Positions 1 to 16,056 of a stretch of DNA of 64,000 bases are shown piece after piece. The stretch lies in the NCBI RefSeq assembly GCF_009914755.1, contig NC_060936.1. One strand, written 5' to 3'. The notes under the pieces were generated by a model. The model was not told where the DNA came from. It saw nothing but the letters and a program-made list of their open reading frames with translations, and did not search any database. Origin of the DNA: the human T2T-CHM13v2.0 reference genome, Homo sapiens. Numbering within the stretch: position 1 is the first letter of the stretch; the number at the start of each line of letters is the position of its first letter. The translations under genes were made by a program, and so were the position numbers.

Positions 1-530
1 TCCCATTATTGGGTATATACCCAAAGGATGTAAATCATTCTACCATAAAAACACATATGCGCATATGTTCACCACCGCACTATTCACAATAGCAAAAACA
101 TGGAATTAACCTAGATGCCCGTCAGCAGTAGACTGGATAAAGAAAATGTGGTACATATACACCATGGAATACCACACAGACATGAGAAACAAATGAGAGC
201 ATGTCCTTTGCAGCAACAGGGATGGAGCTGGAGGCCATTACCCTAATTAGCAAACTAACTCAGGAATGGAAAACTCAATGCCACATGTTCTCCGTCCTAA
301 GTGGGTGCAAAACATTGAATACACATCGACAGGAAGGAGGGAACAATAGACACTTGTGCCTACCTGAAGGCGAAGGGAGGATGGTGAGGATCAAAAAACT
401 ACCTATCGGGTACTATGCTTATCACCTGGGTGATGAAATAATCTGTACAGCAAATCCCCATAACATGCAACTTACCTAATAACAAGCCTGCACATGTACC
501 CCTGAACCTAAAATAAAAGTTAAAAAAAAG
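1..530 (+). mobile_element. L1 3' end (old L1PA/L1PB type), cut by window start
   Basis: ORF2 C-terminal and 3'UTR sequence (TGGATAAAGAAAATGTGGTACATATACACCATGGAATAC...CACATGTACCCCTGAACCTAAAATAAAAG) ending in an A-rich tail. Confidence 0.92.
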
Positions 531-926
531 TAAGTTAGAAACACTGTGGAAATGAGGGATGGGAGGGGTGCACACAGAGATGAGGGAGGTGAAAGAAAGC
601 TTAAGGCACATCACCAATATTAAGACTATGAGAGATTATGGCAGAAGCTAGTAAATAAAAACAGTAATAAGAAAGACATGCTGTTTAGCTATTTGAAGAT
701 AAATACCGAAACTCAGCTAGATGTGTTGAAAACAGCTCTGGGAAACGAATAATGGGAGGAGTGGATGAACAGAATTTGCTCCTTTTTGTGATATGTTTTA
801 CAGATCTATAGACCTGTTGATTTTTCAAAATGTGAAAAGTGATAACTTTGATACAACTAAGAACAACGCAAAACAAATTTAAAAATAAGAAGAGTGTCAA
901 ATAGAGAGTTCAATATGTGACTTGAA

Positions 927-1011
927 ACACACACACACACCCAGACACGCACACACCCCCATGCACACACACATACCCATGCACACACACATACCCATGC
1001 ACGCACACACC
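927..1011. repeat. Imperfect (CA)n microsatellite
   Basis: CA runs with repeated CCCATGCACACAC. Confidence 0.85.
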
Positions 1012-1382
1012 AACGCTGCAGACTTTATAAGGATGTTTGTTCTGTTCAAGTTATAGCCAGCACCTGTGCCTTAGAAGATGGCGGGAGGAAGAATCTAGGA
1101 TGGGGGAGGAAAAGGAAACGCATGAATAGCACAGATTCCTACAGATCATGGGATAGATTGCACCATTAGATGAGAAGTGTGATTAAGTATTTGCACCTGA
1201 GCCCAACTCGCTCCCAAATAAAAGACAGAAAGGAAAAGATAGCCACTAAAATAGAAATAAAACTTAAAAACACTGTAGAAAATGGCAGAGCTTCTGAGAA
1301 ATGCTGAAGACTGCCCTCTCGCACCCCAGCAGATCCTGATTTGAGAAGCCCTGGCCTAAGAGGTAGCAACAGGGATTTCAAC

Positions 1383-1510
1383 TGGGATTTAAATCCTTGG
1401 CCTGTCGCACATTGTCAGGTGACATTGGATGCCTGTTGGAGCCTTGGTTTGCTCATCTGTAAATAAGACCTACCTCCCAGGATTGTTTTAAGAGTTAAAG
1501 GGGATAACAC
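1383..1510 (+). mobile_element. MIR fragment
   Basis: MIR core-like GCCTTGGTTTGCTCATCTGTAAA...ACCTACCTCCCAGGATTGTT. Confidence 0.65.
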
Positions 1511-1515
1511 AATAG

Positions 1516-1748
1516 ATGGGCCTTGGGGACATTATGCTAAGTGAAAGAAGTCAGTCACAAAAAGACAGATACCACAGGATTCCAAATAGAAGGTAGCTAG
1601 TGCAATCACACTCACAGACAGAGAGGAGGCACAGATTTTCAGTTTTGCAAGCTGACAAAGTTCTGAAAGTTTGTTGCACAGTGATGTGAATGTTGCTACT
1701 ATGGAGCTGTATACTTCAAAATGGTTACGACGGTAACTTTCATATGTA
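1516..1748 (+). mobile_element. L1M (L1MB-like) 3' fragment
   Basis: GGACATTATGCTAAGTGAAAGAAGTCAGTCACAAAAAGACA motif typical of L1M 3' ends. Confidence 0.7.
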
Positions 1749-1932
1749 TCAGGAATATGGGGAATATGATAGATTTCAGGAATATGGAGAATATGATAGA
1801 TTTTTATGTCTAAAATGAAAAAAGAGATATATATTCTGTTTAAATATTTGGAAGTATATGTTATGTGTTTTGTTACTACAATTATTATCATTATTAATAT
1901 TTTAATTTTAAAAAGAGAGAATACACAGAATT

Positions 1933-2229
1933 GGCCAGGTGCGGTGGCTCACACCTATTATAATCCCAGCAGTTTGGGTGGCCGAGATAGGTGGGTCACC
2001 TGAGATCAGGAGTTCAAGACCAGCCTGGCCCACATGGTGAAACCCCATCTCTACTAAAAATACAAAAAGTAGGCAGGTGTGTTGGCACACACCTGTAATC
2101 CCAGCTACTCGGAGGCTGAGGCAAGAGAATCGCTAAAACCGGGGAGGCTGAGGTTGCAGTGAGCCGAGATTATGCCACTGCATTCCAGCCTGGCATTTTT
2201 TTTGAGACTCCATCTCGAAAAAAAAAAAG
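1933..2229 (+). mobile_element. AluS
   Basis: Dimeric Alu with A tail; AATACACAGAA on both flanks. Confidence 0.95.
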
Positions 2230-2799
2230 AGAGAGGGAGAGACAATACACAGAACAGATCGCAGCAAACAGTGAAGGATTCATAACTGATTGCTTTTACC
2301 ATTATTACATTGTGCTGTATGAGGAACTCTATTTACAGTGGGTTTTGGGTTTTCCAAAACAGAAGTTAAGCCTTTTGAGAAAATCAAGTGTATTTAATCT
2401 CTTTTCCGCCTCTTCCCAGTCCCCTGCATATGAATGTTTAATTGTGACTGAATCTGGGCAACAAATTTAGATGAGAAATGCAAAGACTATTAAAAAAAGA
2501 AAAGAAAATACAGTCTCTGAGCCTAGATTAATGGGATTGGTGCTGTGGGATTTCTGGTCAGAGAAAAGCAACCCAGATTGAAGGAATCTTTTAATATTCA
2601 TGAGGAAAGGATTGCAAACTGAAAGGAGTACAAGGGCTTCTTTTCTTGGAATTAACAGTTCTTATACTTGACCACTGGTGCTGTCTTGAGAAAGACACAG
2701 GGACAAGAAAGACCCCACTTTGCTCTAAGATGATCAGTAGGGCAAGCAAAGTGAGTTATTGCAGTGACATCATCTCAGCCTAGAAAGGACTGGACGTGG

Positions 2800-3955
2800 T
2801 GAAGTGGCGTCCTGCTGAGAAAAGAGAGAAAGAGACCCCTCCATATTTGTTTTATATTGTTTCATACTCAGTACCTGTTTTAAGAAGAAACAAGGAAGTG
2901 AAACCAAAGGCAGGCAGCCCGGCGCCAGGCACCAGACCCAAAACCAGACCCAGAACCAGGCCTGGACCTGCCTGACCTAACCTGATAGTTAAAATTCAAC
3001 CCATGACCTAGCAACCGATGTTATCCATAGATTCCAGGCATTGTATTGAAGGACATTGTGAAACTTGCCATTCTGTTCTGTTTCACTCTGATTAACGGTG
3101 CACGCAGCCCCTGTCACATATCCCCTAGATTGCTCAATCGATCACGGCCCTTTCATGTAAAATCTTTAGTGTTGTGAGCCCTTAAAAGGAACAGAAATTG
3201 TGCACTCGAGAAGCTCGGATTTTGAGGCGTTAGTCTGCTGATGCTTGCAGCTGATTAAAAGGCACTGCCTTCACCACCTCGGTGCCTGTGGGGTTTTGTC
3301 CGCGGCTAGTCCTGCTGCAGTGCATCTGGGCTAATGCCCGAGGTTCGTTGCTGCACACCAAGGATATCGAGGATGAGGACACGCACAAGGAGTGAGTTTA
3401 AGAGCAGAGGTTTAATAGGCAAAAGAAAGAGAAAAGGAAAAGCTCTCTCTCCTGCAGACGGAGAGGGGCTCTCAAGTGGGTCGTCCAGTTTCCAGGTGAA
3501 ATGCATGGGGTTTTTTATAGACAACCTTGAAGAGGCAGTGTCTGATTTACATAGTGCCCAAAGATTGGTTGGACCAGGTGTGCCATTTACATAGTGCACA
3601 AAGAAGCTGGCTGCCCCACCCTCATCTTTTACTATGCAGAGGGCATCTCTACCTGGCTGGCGCCATGTTGCCTGCTCCTTTGCTGTACACGTGGTTGACA
3701 AAGAAAAGAGAAGATGGAGCATCCATGTTGAAGATGCCTGGCCCTCAGGTAGCCCTTTTCTGTTGGCACAACTACTGGCATTCACCTGTGCAGGGTCCCA
3801 GCTTACTTTTCTATGTCTGCAGCTCCATTTTACAGGCTGCTCTTCTTTAGAAAAGAAATTATTTGGGGGGCTGCTTTTTGTTCAAAGGGAAACCTTACTG
3901 AGGACTCTCTTACCTCACTAACTTCCTAAATAATTTCTTTTTAGCTCCTATGTCA
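2800..3955 (-). mobile_element. ERV1 solo LTR (LTR9/MER61 group), interrupted by a second LTR
   Basis: TG...CA ends with perfect 4-bp TSD GTGG (2796-2799, 3956-3959); homologous to the copies at 28107 and 43489. Confidence 0.8.
2816..3319 (+). mobile_element. ERV1 solo LTR (LTR6-like) nested in the preceding LTR
   Basis: TGAGAAAAGAGAG...GCGGCTAGTCCTGCTGCA; flanks CTGC/GTGC; subfamily name from memory. Confidence 0.72.
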
Positions 3956-4557
3956 GTGGGGTGGGGGAACCAGCAGACAGGAGTCACTGGATGCCTGAGG
4001 TGTGGAAAAGAGGAACCGCAGCCCAATTCCCACCCTAGGGCCCTGCAGAAATGCAGGCTGGTGCACCAAAACCTCAGATGCTCCAGGAGACAAAGGAAGT
4101 CTGGATATTTGCGCAAAATCTTAAAATGTTAAAAAGACTGATTTGAAACTGTTTAAAACACTTCCTGAGCTTAATAAAATGTGCCACATGTCTGCAGAGC
4201 AGGCTTGGTACAAAGAGCTGTAACAGCTTTTTTAGACTCACAGACTAGAAATTATCTGTTTGGCACCTGTGCCATTCAGATTGGATCTGAAGCCTAGAGA
4301 AGAGGAAAGTCTTGTTCAAGGTCACTGTAAACGAAAAATAAGTGCATACATAATCCCATGTCCTTCAGTCCAGGACTCTCCCAAAGAAAAAAAGGGGACA
4401 GGGGTCAAGGATACACAAATAAGTCAATTCCCATATAGAAGGGAGACCCTGACCTCATATTCATGAAGTGTCTCAAGTGTGCACCATTGAAGTTAAACAC
4501 ATACACACCCCTTAGATTTATATTGTGAATTATAACACATCCTAATATCATACTCTA

Positions 4558-4884
<327 letters not shown>

Positions 4885-6613
4885 TTATTTTTAAAAAATA
4901 AAGATTTAAAATACACTACATTTTTACTATCCTATTGAATATTCACTCATTTTAAACAAAAGTCCCAACACTGGGTGTATTTCAGGTTATTTTGACCTAC
5001 TGTGAGTGACAAATAAACCTTTGATGCTTAACTTTTGTCATCTGTATAATGAGGATGCTGTAATTACTCCTAGTGTTTTGATGACAGTTATTGTGTTATT
5101 GTGAAACAATGCCTGTCATTGTTGAACCCCCTACATTTACTAAGAAATAATATTGTGTACATAAAAATTTTTGATAATGTGCTCTCATCCAAAAAGAGAA
5201 AAATAGAAAATCATTTTTTCTCCAACAGTGTGAGCTAATGCATAAGACATAACTCTCATTGTTTTATTTTGGTAAAGGCATTATATTCATAAAAAGAAGG
5301 TCATATCTCAACTCTATGTTCTTAAAAGAATTAACTTCAATTGCTCATAATTGGTTTAAATGTTAACGTTTGCATAATGCATGATTTCTTTATTAAAAGG
5401 CCATGACAGAAAAACACATTACCTCATTTGAAAAAAGTTTCAGGAAGAATCTTTCCTGTAGCTTCAAATAATTTAAAATTGATCTCCTATAGCTTGTCCT
5501 ACTTTTATATTCTTAACAACAGACAAAATAGTTTCTTTCAATTTTAAGTCAAACTCTTCTGAGGACACATGATTGAGTTATGTTGCTATTTTCAGAGTGT
5601 ACTCATGGGCTTATTTTATCTTTCCTCAGTAATCCCGCTGCAGAGGGGATAAAAGACACCACAACGTGTATTTCACGTTCATTAATGTGCCATAAGACTT
5701 GACTCCGCAATGATCGAACATGTATCCTAAGCTGATCCGTTTGCCCAGCACACTTTCTTGTGTGTCTGTCTGTGGTTGATTGCACTGCACAGGAAAACTC
5801 AATTGTGAGGAAGACCAGGCAAATTTAAGGAGGAGAATGCAGTGGAACTGAAGCTCTCATCAGAAAAAAACGACGTCTGCTTTTCCAGTAAATGTTTCCA
5901 GGTCATCTGCCGCTAAGCCCTGTGCCAGGCTGTGGCTGTGGGAGTCAGAAAATAACTACAACACTGCCCCTACCCTTGTGGTTTGAAGGGGAGGATGTGG
6001 CATAGGAGGGGAAAAGCCATTGTCCAGGGTAGGCACAGGTTGTGGAAATGCTGCAGGAAAGAGCTGATGGAATTATAGCCCTTGGGTCCGGACTCAGCTT
6101 TCTCCTGGCAAATGAGAATCTGGGCATTTAAGAGACCTGGGTTTTAAGTTGGGTCATGATGGATGTCTTTTGTCAAGAAGGGAGTGAAATTTCCATTATT
6201 GGAGGATTAAAAAAAATAGGGGGAGAAAAGTATCTTTCCAAACAAGAATCAATACCAAAGCACCCTTCACTAAGAGGAAATGGGGAGAATTTTTCTGCTT
6301 TTCTGAGTTGTGCTCGGTGACCAGCACTCCGAGCGCTGTGTGCATAGAAAGGAATGGCCGAGTCGTGTGTTAGGAGCAGGGGCCACAGACTTGTGCATTA
6401 CCCCAAGTCTTACGTACCAAGGGTTGAGGAAATATTTTATGATGATGGATTTTTAGATAATTAGAAGTTTAGGTTCAAATACATTCACACAGTCAAAAAA
6501 AATTCCCCAGGTAAACATGCACATCAGAGACACATCTAAAAAACAATGTTGATTGAAAAATGTTGGAAAAAAGAATGTAGGCAAATACCAATTATGTAAA
6601 TGAAAACCCACAG

Positions 6614-6656
6614 CATACACACACACACACACACACATACACACACACACACACAC
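6614..6656. repeat. (CA)n microsatellite
   Basis: About 21 CA units with TA interruptions. Confidence 0.95.
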
Positions 6657-7104
6657 CATGCTATATTAAGGACAAATACCACACATGCTCGAGTTGTGCT
6701 TGTGGACTAAGTGGGAATGGGTATGAGAATAGAGAATGCAATCAAATTAATAAAATGAATAAAACAAGAAGGAGGCCTTACACAGACCACTGATCTGTTA
6801 TAAACAGAAAAGTGTAACTTAATTATGTACCTGCAGTCCAACTTTTTAAATAGGATAAAAATAAATGAGTGACTTAAATTCTACAGACTATCAGGCGTGG
6901 AGTCACTCTCTCCCCGAGCAGACATGTCTGAATCACCAGTTAAATAAACCAGCTAAATAGATATATCTGAATCACCAGTTAAATAAACTCTCATAGGTTA
7001 AAAGTCAAGTTTCTGGGAGGAGAAAAATGCTGGAATAGGATTAACAGTTTCTGGCCTTGAGAAATTCAGTCTTTTTCTAGTAGAAATAGAAGTCATAGAC
7101 AAGA

Positions 7105-7473
7105 CGGGAAGTCACAAACTCAAATGCCTCCAGGGGCCAGGCAGGTTAGACAGATGAATGAAACTAACTGGTGTGGGGCAATAGGGAGTGCTGGAGACTG
7201 TGGCTCACTGAAGAGCTCTCATGCTGTCTAAAGAGCACAATGGCTACCACCTCATCTCCAGCTGATTGTGGCTGTTGGAATGCATACCAGTATTGCCACA
7301 TCTCAGATTTTCATTTTTAAAGAAAAGTTACATATCTTATATTAAATGTAAAATCTCCTGATACTACACATTGTCAGTGAATGCAAAGTTTTTTTAAACC
7401 CTCAGGCAAATCAAAGGAAACATATCTGTGAGCTCAACTCCGTCGATTTACTGCCATGCATTTGCAACCTCTG
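7105..7473 (+). mobile_element. hAT-Charlie MITE (MER102-like)
   Basis: GTCACAAACTCAAATGCCTCCAGGGGCCAGGCAGGT start, TTTGCAACCTCTG end (degenerate terminal inverted repeats). Confidence 0.7.
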
Positions 7474-7589
7474 GCGCAGAGGAATGTTTTGATCTTTCCC
7501 TGTGCGTCCTACTGTACCCAGCACACAGATGCTTGCACAGTGTGCTCCTGGGTGTACATCGATTTGTTAACAGGATCCTCTTCATAAAA

Positions 7590-8010
7590 TGTCTTAGGTT
7601 AGGTATGCGAGAAACATGCTCTAAGACAGAGGTTCACTGGGCAGAATTCTCAAAAGCAGCATCTGGGAGGGAGGGGAGTCAGGGAGGAGGAATTACCTGT
7701 AGAAGGTGGTGATCTGTTGTGAGTTGTGACATCAGCCCCCAGGAATCCCAAGGGAGGCCCTGATGCTGAGCTGGCTTTTCAGAGTTGACCTGATCAAGGC
7801 AATGGGGCTGAGCCTTTATAAACTGTTTCGCCGCCGCCTACCGTTACTGGGTGCAGCCTGCTGCAGGGAGGGTGCCTAACGTTGAGAGCCACTTTCCTTT
7901 GGCCAGCGACATTCCCAGAGAGGGACTCAGCTCTGAGCTGTCTGCAGCTAATGCTCCGGCAGCTCCTGGTGAGGGGATCTGGGTGGGCCCTGCAATATCT
8001 ACTACATGTC
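7590..8010 (-). mobile_element. ERVL LTR (LTR16-like)
   Basis: Begins TGTCTTAGGTTAGG; resembles the reverse complement of the element at 46210-46662. Confidence 0.55.
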
Positions 8011-8164
8011 ATACCCAAATAGAAGGGACCGGCCCCATTTTTCAAATTAAAAGAATAGCGTTTAAAAACTTTTGAGGGGCCAACTTAACATGTAAAATTT
8101 TAGAGTTAAGAGGTCAAATAATCTATTTACATAATTCACTGAGTTTCATATGTGGGTAGGGGAG

Positions 8165-8635
8165 TGGGGATCCCATTTAGGGCTTCTTGTCAGATGGGCT
8201 TGAAAATTAAATTGAAATTTAAGATAGGTCAACAGGAGAAAAGCAGGCAAATGTCTTTAACACAAGTTTTACATGGCATGGGAGCTGTCATTAAAAAAAA
8301 AGACTAAAGCAGTTAGAGAGAGTTACTTATATACTGGATTGGACAAAGAATAGAAAGTTGTGAAGAAGCAGCTAAATTGTGTGGGAAGACATAAGAGACA
8401 GGAGTTATTTTCACGAAGTCTGTACTGAATTCTTTTTGGTCTCCACTTCTCGTCCTTGAGGATAAAGGTGCTATTTCTTTTGGTATAGTGAAGGTGAATT
8501 TCACGTGGGAATTTCATCTCCTGCTTTTAAGACACAGAAAAGAGGTCAGAATAATCGTCCTGCACCTGCTATTTTTCAAGTACCTTTAACTCAAAACAGT
8601 CAATATGCCAGGGTAATATATTTTTAACTTTTTCA
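8165..8635 (-). mobile_element. ERV1 LTR (MER34/MER4-group-like)
   Basis: TTTTTCAAGTACCTTTAACTCAAAACAGTCAATATGCCA matches the reverse of MER34-type 5' ends. Confidence 0.55.
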
Positions 8636-9468
8636 TTTGTTTAACACCTCTCTACAAGTAATTATGCATTTTCATTTTATGAAATGATTTAATTCACACT
8701 CCTTCCATGTCTCTTTAACATCAGGATATTTTTTCATTATCCTTGGGCTCATTGAAGTAACTTTTAAAAAGATGTATCACTCCTCTTGGTAATATGAGGA
8801 AAAGCTCTTTGTATAATTCTTTTCTGCAAATATTGTTCTTGGACACAGATACCCATCTTCATTACATCAAGGCATTTTTTTTTCCATTTATCTCACATTA
8901 AATGCTTGCTATTAAGAGGTCAAATGCCAGAATAATGACAAAATCCATGCTGAATGTCTCTGTCCTTCTTTGTCACAGAGAGGGTTATCTGAATGGTGGA
9001 TGCTTCTTAAAATGGCATTGACTGAGATCATTTCACAGTGATGCATCTGATCTTAATCATGATGAAAGAGGCTTTTTCAGGGGTGGTTTTGTGGGAACCT
9101 TACCTTATTATTGGTTTATAAAAGATACTTTCCCTGCCACCACCTCACAATGGATATTAAACAAACACAAATATGTTTCCGGATGGCTATGGAGAATCAC
9201 ACTTCTACTCAGATCCTGATTTCATTTCTCAGGCTATTCGGCTATAATGATATCCTGAGATTTCTGGATACCACTCAAACAAGGTTTGGACACAGCCTAT
9301 GCTGAGAAGGTCCTGATTATTACTACATTCTCTTCCAGATTCAGTAAAGGCCACCCACTAGTGCTGCGTGGATCACACTGAAGGGACTGTGGCATCCACA
9401 TTAGCACAGACCAATTGATTGTGCCAAGCACTGTGTTATCAGAAAGTACATTGGCTGCCTCCAGTTAA

Positions 9469-9856
<388 letters not shown>

Positions 9857-12437
9857 TGGCTCATTGTAATTCTTAGATATCTTAAGGACATGTATAGTTC
9901 TCTGATTTCCATAAATAGGCAGAAGAGGCTTCATTTCAATTCCATCCATTAACATCTTTCCATTCTTCTCCCTAGCACCTACCATCCTGACATTGATAAG
10001 GAAACTGAAACACTGGATATTTTAATAAGTGTATGCCTTGTTTGCATTATCAGTCCAGAATGAGAAATGCAAATATTCAGTTAGATAATATTTTGATGTA
10101 AAGTTTTAGGCATAAAAGTTTTGGCAGAAATGAGACAGAGACTACTTTGCATGTGCTCTCCTTTCCCTACATCCTCAAAACACCTGTCACTTTTAATAGA
10201 ATCCCTGAAACTGCAAGAAAGCATCACTTCTAGGTTTATTTCCCAATTTTGTGGAGCTCTTGACTCCTGTTCCTCAACAGAGACCTTCTGAAATCCTAAC
10301 CAGCCAGATAATGCTCCTGTGTTTGCTCAGCAAGGGAGATTTACATAAAGAAATCCAACCCTGGCCCCATGGGGAATGGGCCCAGGCACCAAGGATAATG
10401 ATGAAGGTTTTCCTTATGTTCAAATAAAAGTGATATTGTATTATCATCAATTAATGGGAGGAATGAAAACCTGCTCTGGCATCATGCTGAAATGTTTTTA
10501 GAGGTAAAATTGAGCTTCACGTGCATGAATTCCGTGGGTCAAAGCCAAAAGTTATGTTACCTGTACAAGTAGTTTGTAGGGCTTAGCTGCCCTCAGATCC
10601 AAGTGTGATATTAGGAGAACAGACTTTGAATTTTTGTGGGTAGCTACACTTAGAATCAGAAGGATTTAACAAATTATACTTTCTTATAGGTACAAGCAGT
10701 TTCTCACCTAGAAACAGGAGCAAAGCAGGAGTGTGAAGTCTGAAATGATTTTCAGGCTCTTATTGATTCAAAGGCATGAGATATGGCTGGCAGCCACTCC
10801 CTGGGCACTGATCTTGGAGATGTCTTAGAAACCAGTCCTGCAACCTAAGACAACTTTATTTTCACTCTCTGCTCCAGGGAAAACAGTCATGGATATTTTT
10901 TATTCATGTGTGGTCATATATAATACTTAACCCAATTTCAAAACACTAAGGTTAATCAATCAAATACAAAGTTAAAAATTGTTTCCCTATACAATGTGAT
11001 AGTGCTGGGAATAGGATATTGTCTCAAAATTCATTCATGAGGCCAACCTAGAATATATCATTGTGCACGATTGCACAGGCATATTAAACTATGCTTTGAA
11101 AAGAATTCAATGTTTGTGATAGGAAGAAAATTCAATTCAAGTATACCAGAGGGCATTTTATATATTTCATATTTTTCTAAATACTAAAAATCAAGCATTC
11201 ATTTTAAGTAAAATAAGTTTTGGAGTAAATGTCAGTCATTCAGCTGAAAGAAAAAGAAATCAGAAACTAAGAAATGTAGATAAAATTCAGATCAATTTTG
11301 AACTAGCCACTGTATAGACTCAGATATGCTCTATTTGTATGTATCAACTTTAAAAAATGATGATGTTGAAATAAATAAAAGCTTGAAGCAATGTTAAATA
11401 GAAGCTGAATAGTTGAAGAAGACAGTAGAGTCTGTTTCTTGTTTATCTGAGTATTTTCTGGCATATATAACAGATAAAATACTTATTGTTTATCAAATGA
11501 ATGAATTAATGAATTAATAAATGATATATATCAAAATGCATGCAGAAATCAGATGAAATTAGAGCCAAGTTAGGACTCAAATGAGAAGGAAGTTTATGCT
11601 GGCTAAGCAGGAAGGATATAGGCTCTAATCCTGGTTCTGCGACTAAGTTATCACATGACCTTAGAGAATGTCACAGTCTGAGTGTCAGTTAAACCCTCTA
11701 CAAAATAAGGGACCAGCCTGTGTGACCTGGGAAGCACTGGGCTTTCACTCATGTCGTGATGCTCCAGGGGGTGATAGAGGCATGGACACACACTTAAAAT
11801 TCTGAGCTGATAATGAGATTCAGGGAACTTTTAATATCTCCATCCCTCTGGCTCCAGCGCGAGCTAGAAGGAAAAGAGATTCAATTGCTCAATTGGATTT
11901 TATGGTTCCCACTTCTCAGGGGATTAAGAGAGCATTAATGAGCACCAATTGTGTACAATAGGAATATGGAAACTGTTTCTGTATTTAAGGACAAGGAGGT
12001 TAGCAGATTCCGATTGAGTAGGCTATGTAAGTGAATGTGAATGACGCTGGTTCCATGAAGCTAAGACTATTAGTGAGAAAAGTGAATCCTTTTATGCATG
12101 TATCCATTAATACAGCTAGAATCTAGCTAACACCCACTTCATCTGGCATTGTGCTGGGCATTGGAAACAAAGAGATGAAGCTGATGGACCTCACACACTG
12201 ACGTTCTGAGGGAAGAAAGGAGGAAGTACAGAGTAGTCTCTGGTATAAACAACAGGAATTATGGCTGTGCATGGGTTGGGATACAAAGTGCATGTAGCTG
12301 TGCCTAATTCAACCTAGCAAAGTGAGGGTGGGAGGGGAGAACATGAAGACCACCACGGAAGATTCTTAGAGGATATGAAGAGCAAGCAGAATCCTGAGCC
12401 AGGTTTAGCCTGATGAATAGCTTTAAAATGAGTTGTA

Positions 12438-12756
12438 GGCCAGCCTCAGTGGCTCTCGCCTGTAATCCTGGCATTTTGGGAGGCCGAGGAGGATGGATCA
12501 CTTGAGGTCAGGAGGTCGAGACCAGCCTGGCCAACATAGTGAAACCCCGTCTCTACTAAAAATACAAAAATTAGGCTGGCATGGTGGCGGGCACCTATAA
12601 TCCCTGCTACTAGGGAGGCTGAGGCAGGAGAATCACTGGAACCTGGAAGGCAGAGGTTTCAGTGAACTGAGATCATACCACTGCACTCCAGCCTGGGCAA
12701 CAGAATGAGACTCCATCTCAATAAAAATGAAAATAAAAATAAAATAAAATAAAATA
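12438..12756 (+). mobile_element. AluSx/Sz
   Basis: Full dimer with (TAAAA)n tail. Confidence 0.95.
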
Positions 12757-12954
12757 AGATGTAACTAAAAAGACCCCCAACTGACCAGAGGGGCACATAT
12801 TCATGCATTTTAGGAGACTGAGTTAAACCAGCATCTTTGCAGCGTTGGCTGGAAGGCTGAGAATGATGAGATATGACCACACGTATCAGGAGGGCTAAGA
12901 TAAAGGGGTTTCTGGCAGCCTAGTTTTAGGGCTGTTGTTAGAATTAAATTTTGT

Positions 12955-13235
12955 GTTTTTCTTTTTTTCAGCTTTGTGGACATATAACTGACAAATAAAA
13001 ATTGTATATTTTCAAGGTGTCCAATGCGATGATTTGGCACATATATATTGAGAAATGATTATCATAATCAAACTATTAACTCGTGCATCATTTCACACAG
13101 TTACATTGCGTGTGTGCGCGCCTATGATGAGAACATTTGATATTTACTCTCAGTAAATTTCAAGGTTGCAACACATTATTAGTAACTATAATCACCATGC
13201 TGTACATTAGGTCCACAGAATTTATTCATCTTTAC
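12955..13235 (-). mobile_element. L1MA 3' end
   Basis: Antisense L1MA 3'UTR (ACAAATAAAAATTGTATAT...CACCATGCTGTACATTAGGTCC). Confidence 0.75.
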
Positions 13236-13479
13236 CCTGCAAGAGAAGTAAATTCTAAAATGCAAGTAACATGCTTGGCTTAGCACCTGGAAAAAACATT
13301 AGCTGATGCTTGTAATAATGTTGGTCATGACAATGGTAAGACAGAGGTGGGAGAAGGTAAATAACAAGGAGGAAGAAGAAAATGGGAGGATAAAACATAG
13401 AAAGTTGTTTTTATAGTTGAGCATAAATAGAAGGGAAATTTATGTCTTGGCCATAGGAGGGAAACACAGCCCAGAATCA

Positions 13480-15714
<2,235 letters not shown>

Positions 15715-16056
15715 ATTTTCATTTTCCAAGATTGTTTTGGTGCTTTCTATTTCCATATACATTTTAGAATGTGCTTGGCAATTTCTACAAGGAACATCTT
15801 CTGAAACTTTAATTGGGATCTCGTCAAATCTACTGATCTATTTGGGGATATTTCATATCTTAATATGGAAGCATGACAGCCTTGAGCATGAAATATTACA
15901 TAGCTTTGTTGATTCAGTTCTTTAATTTCTCTCAGCAGTATTTTGTACTTTTGAGAGTACAAGTCTTTCACAAATGTCAGATTTATCCTTAAGTATTTAA
16001 TGATTTTAGATATGTTGTGAATGGTATGGTTTCCTTAATTTCACATTTTAATTTGG
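15715..16056 (-). mobile_element. Inverted L1M ORF2 segment
   Basis: Minus-strand ORF 15747..15971 (KDLYSQKYKILLREIKE...ILKCIWK) resembles L1 ORF2 KDLFKENYKPLLNEIKE...LKFIWN. Confidence 0.8.

Noticed and set aside
201-479. 92-aa ORF as a gene
   Set aside because: Decayed L1 ORF2 terminus and 3'UTR.
6310-6337. Hairpin GTGCTCGG...CCGAGCGC as a small RNA
   Set aside because: Too short, and lacks tRNA, miRNA or snoRNA features.
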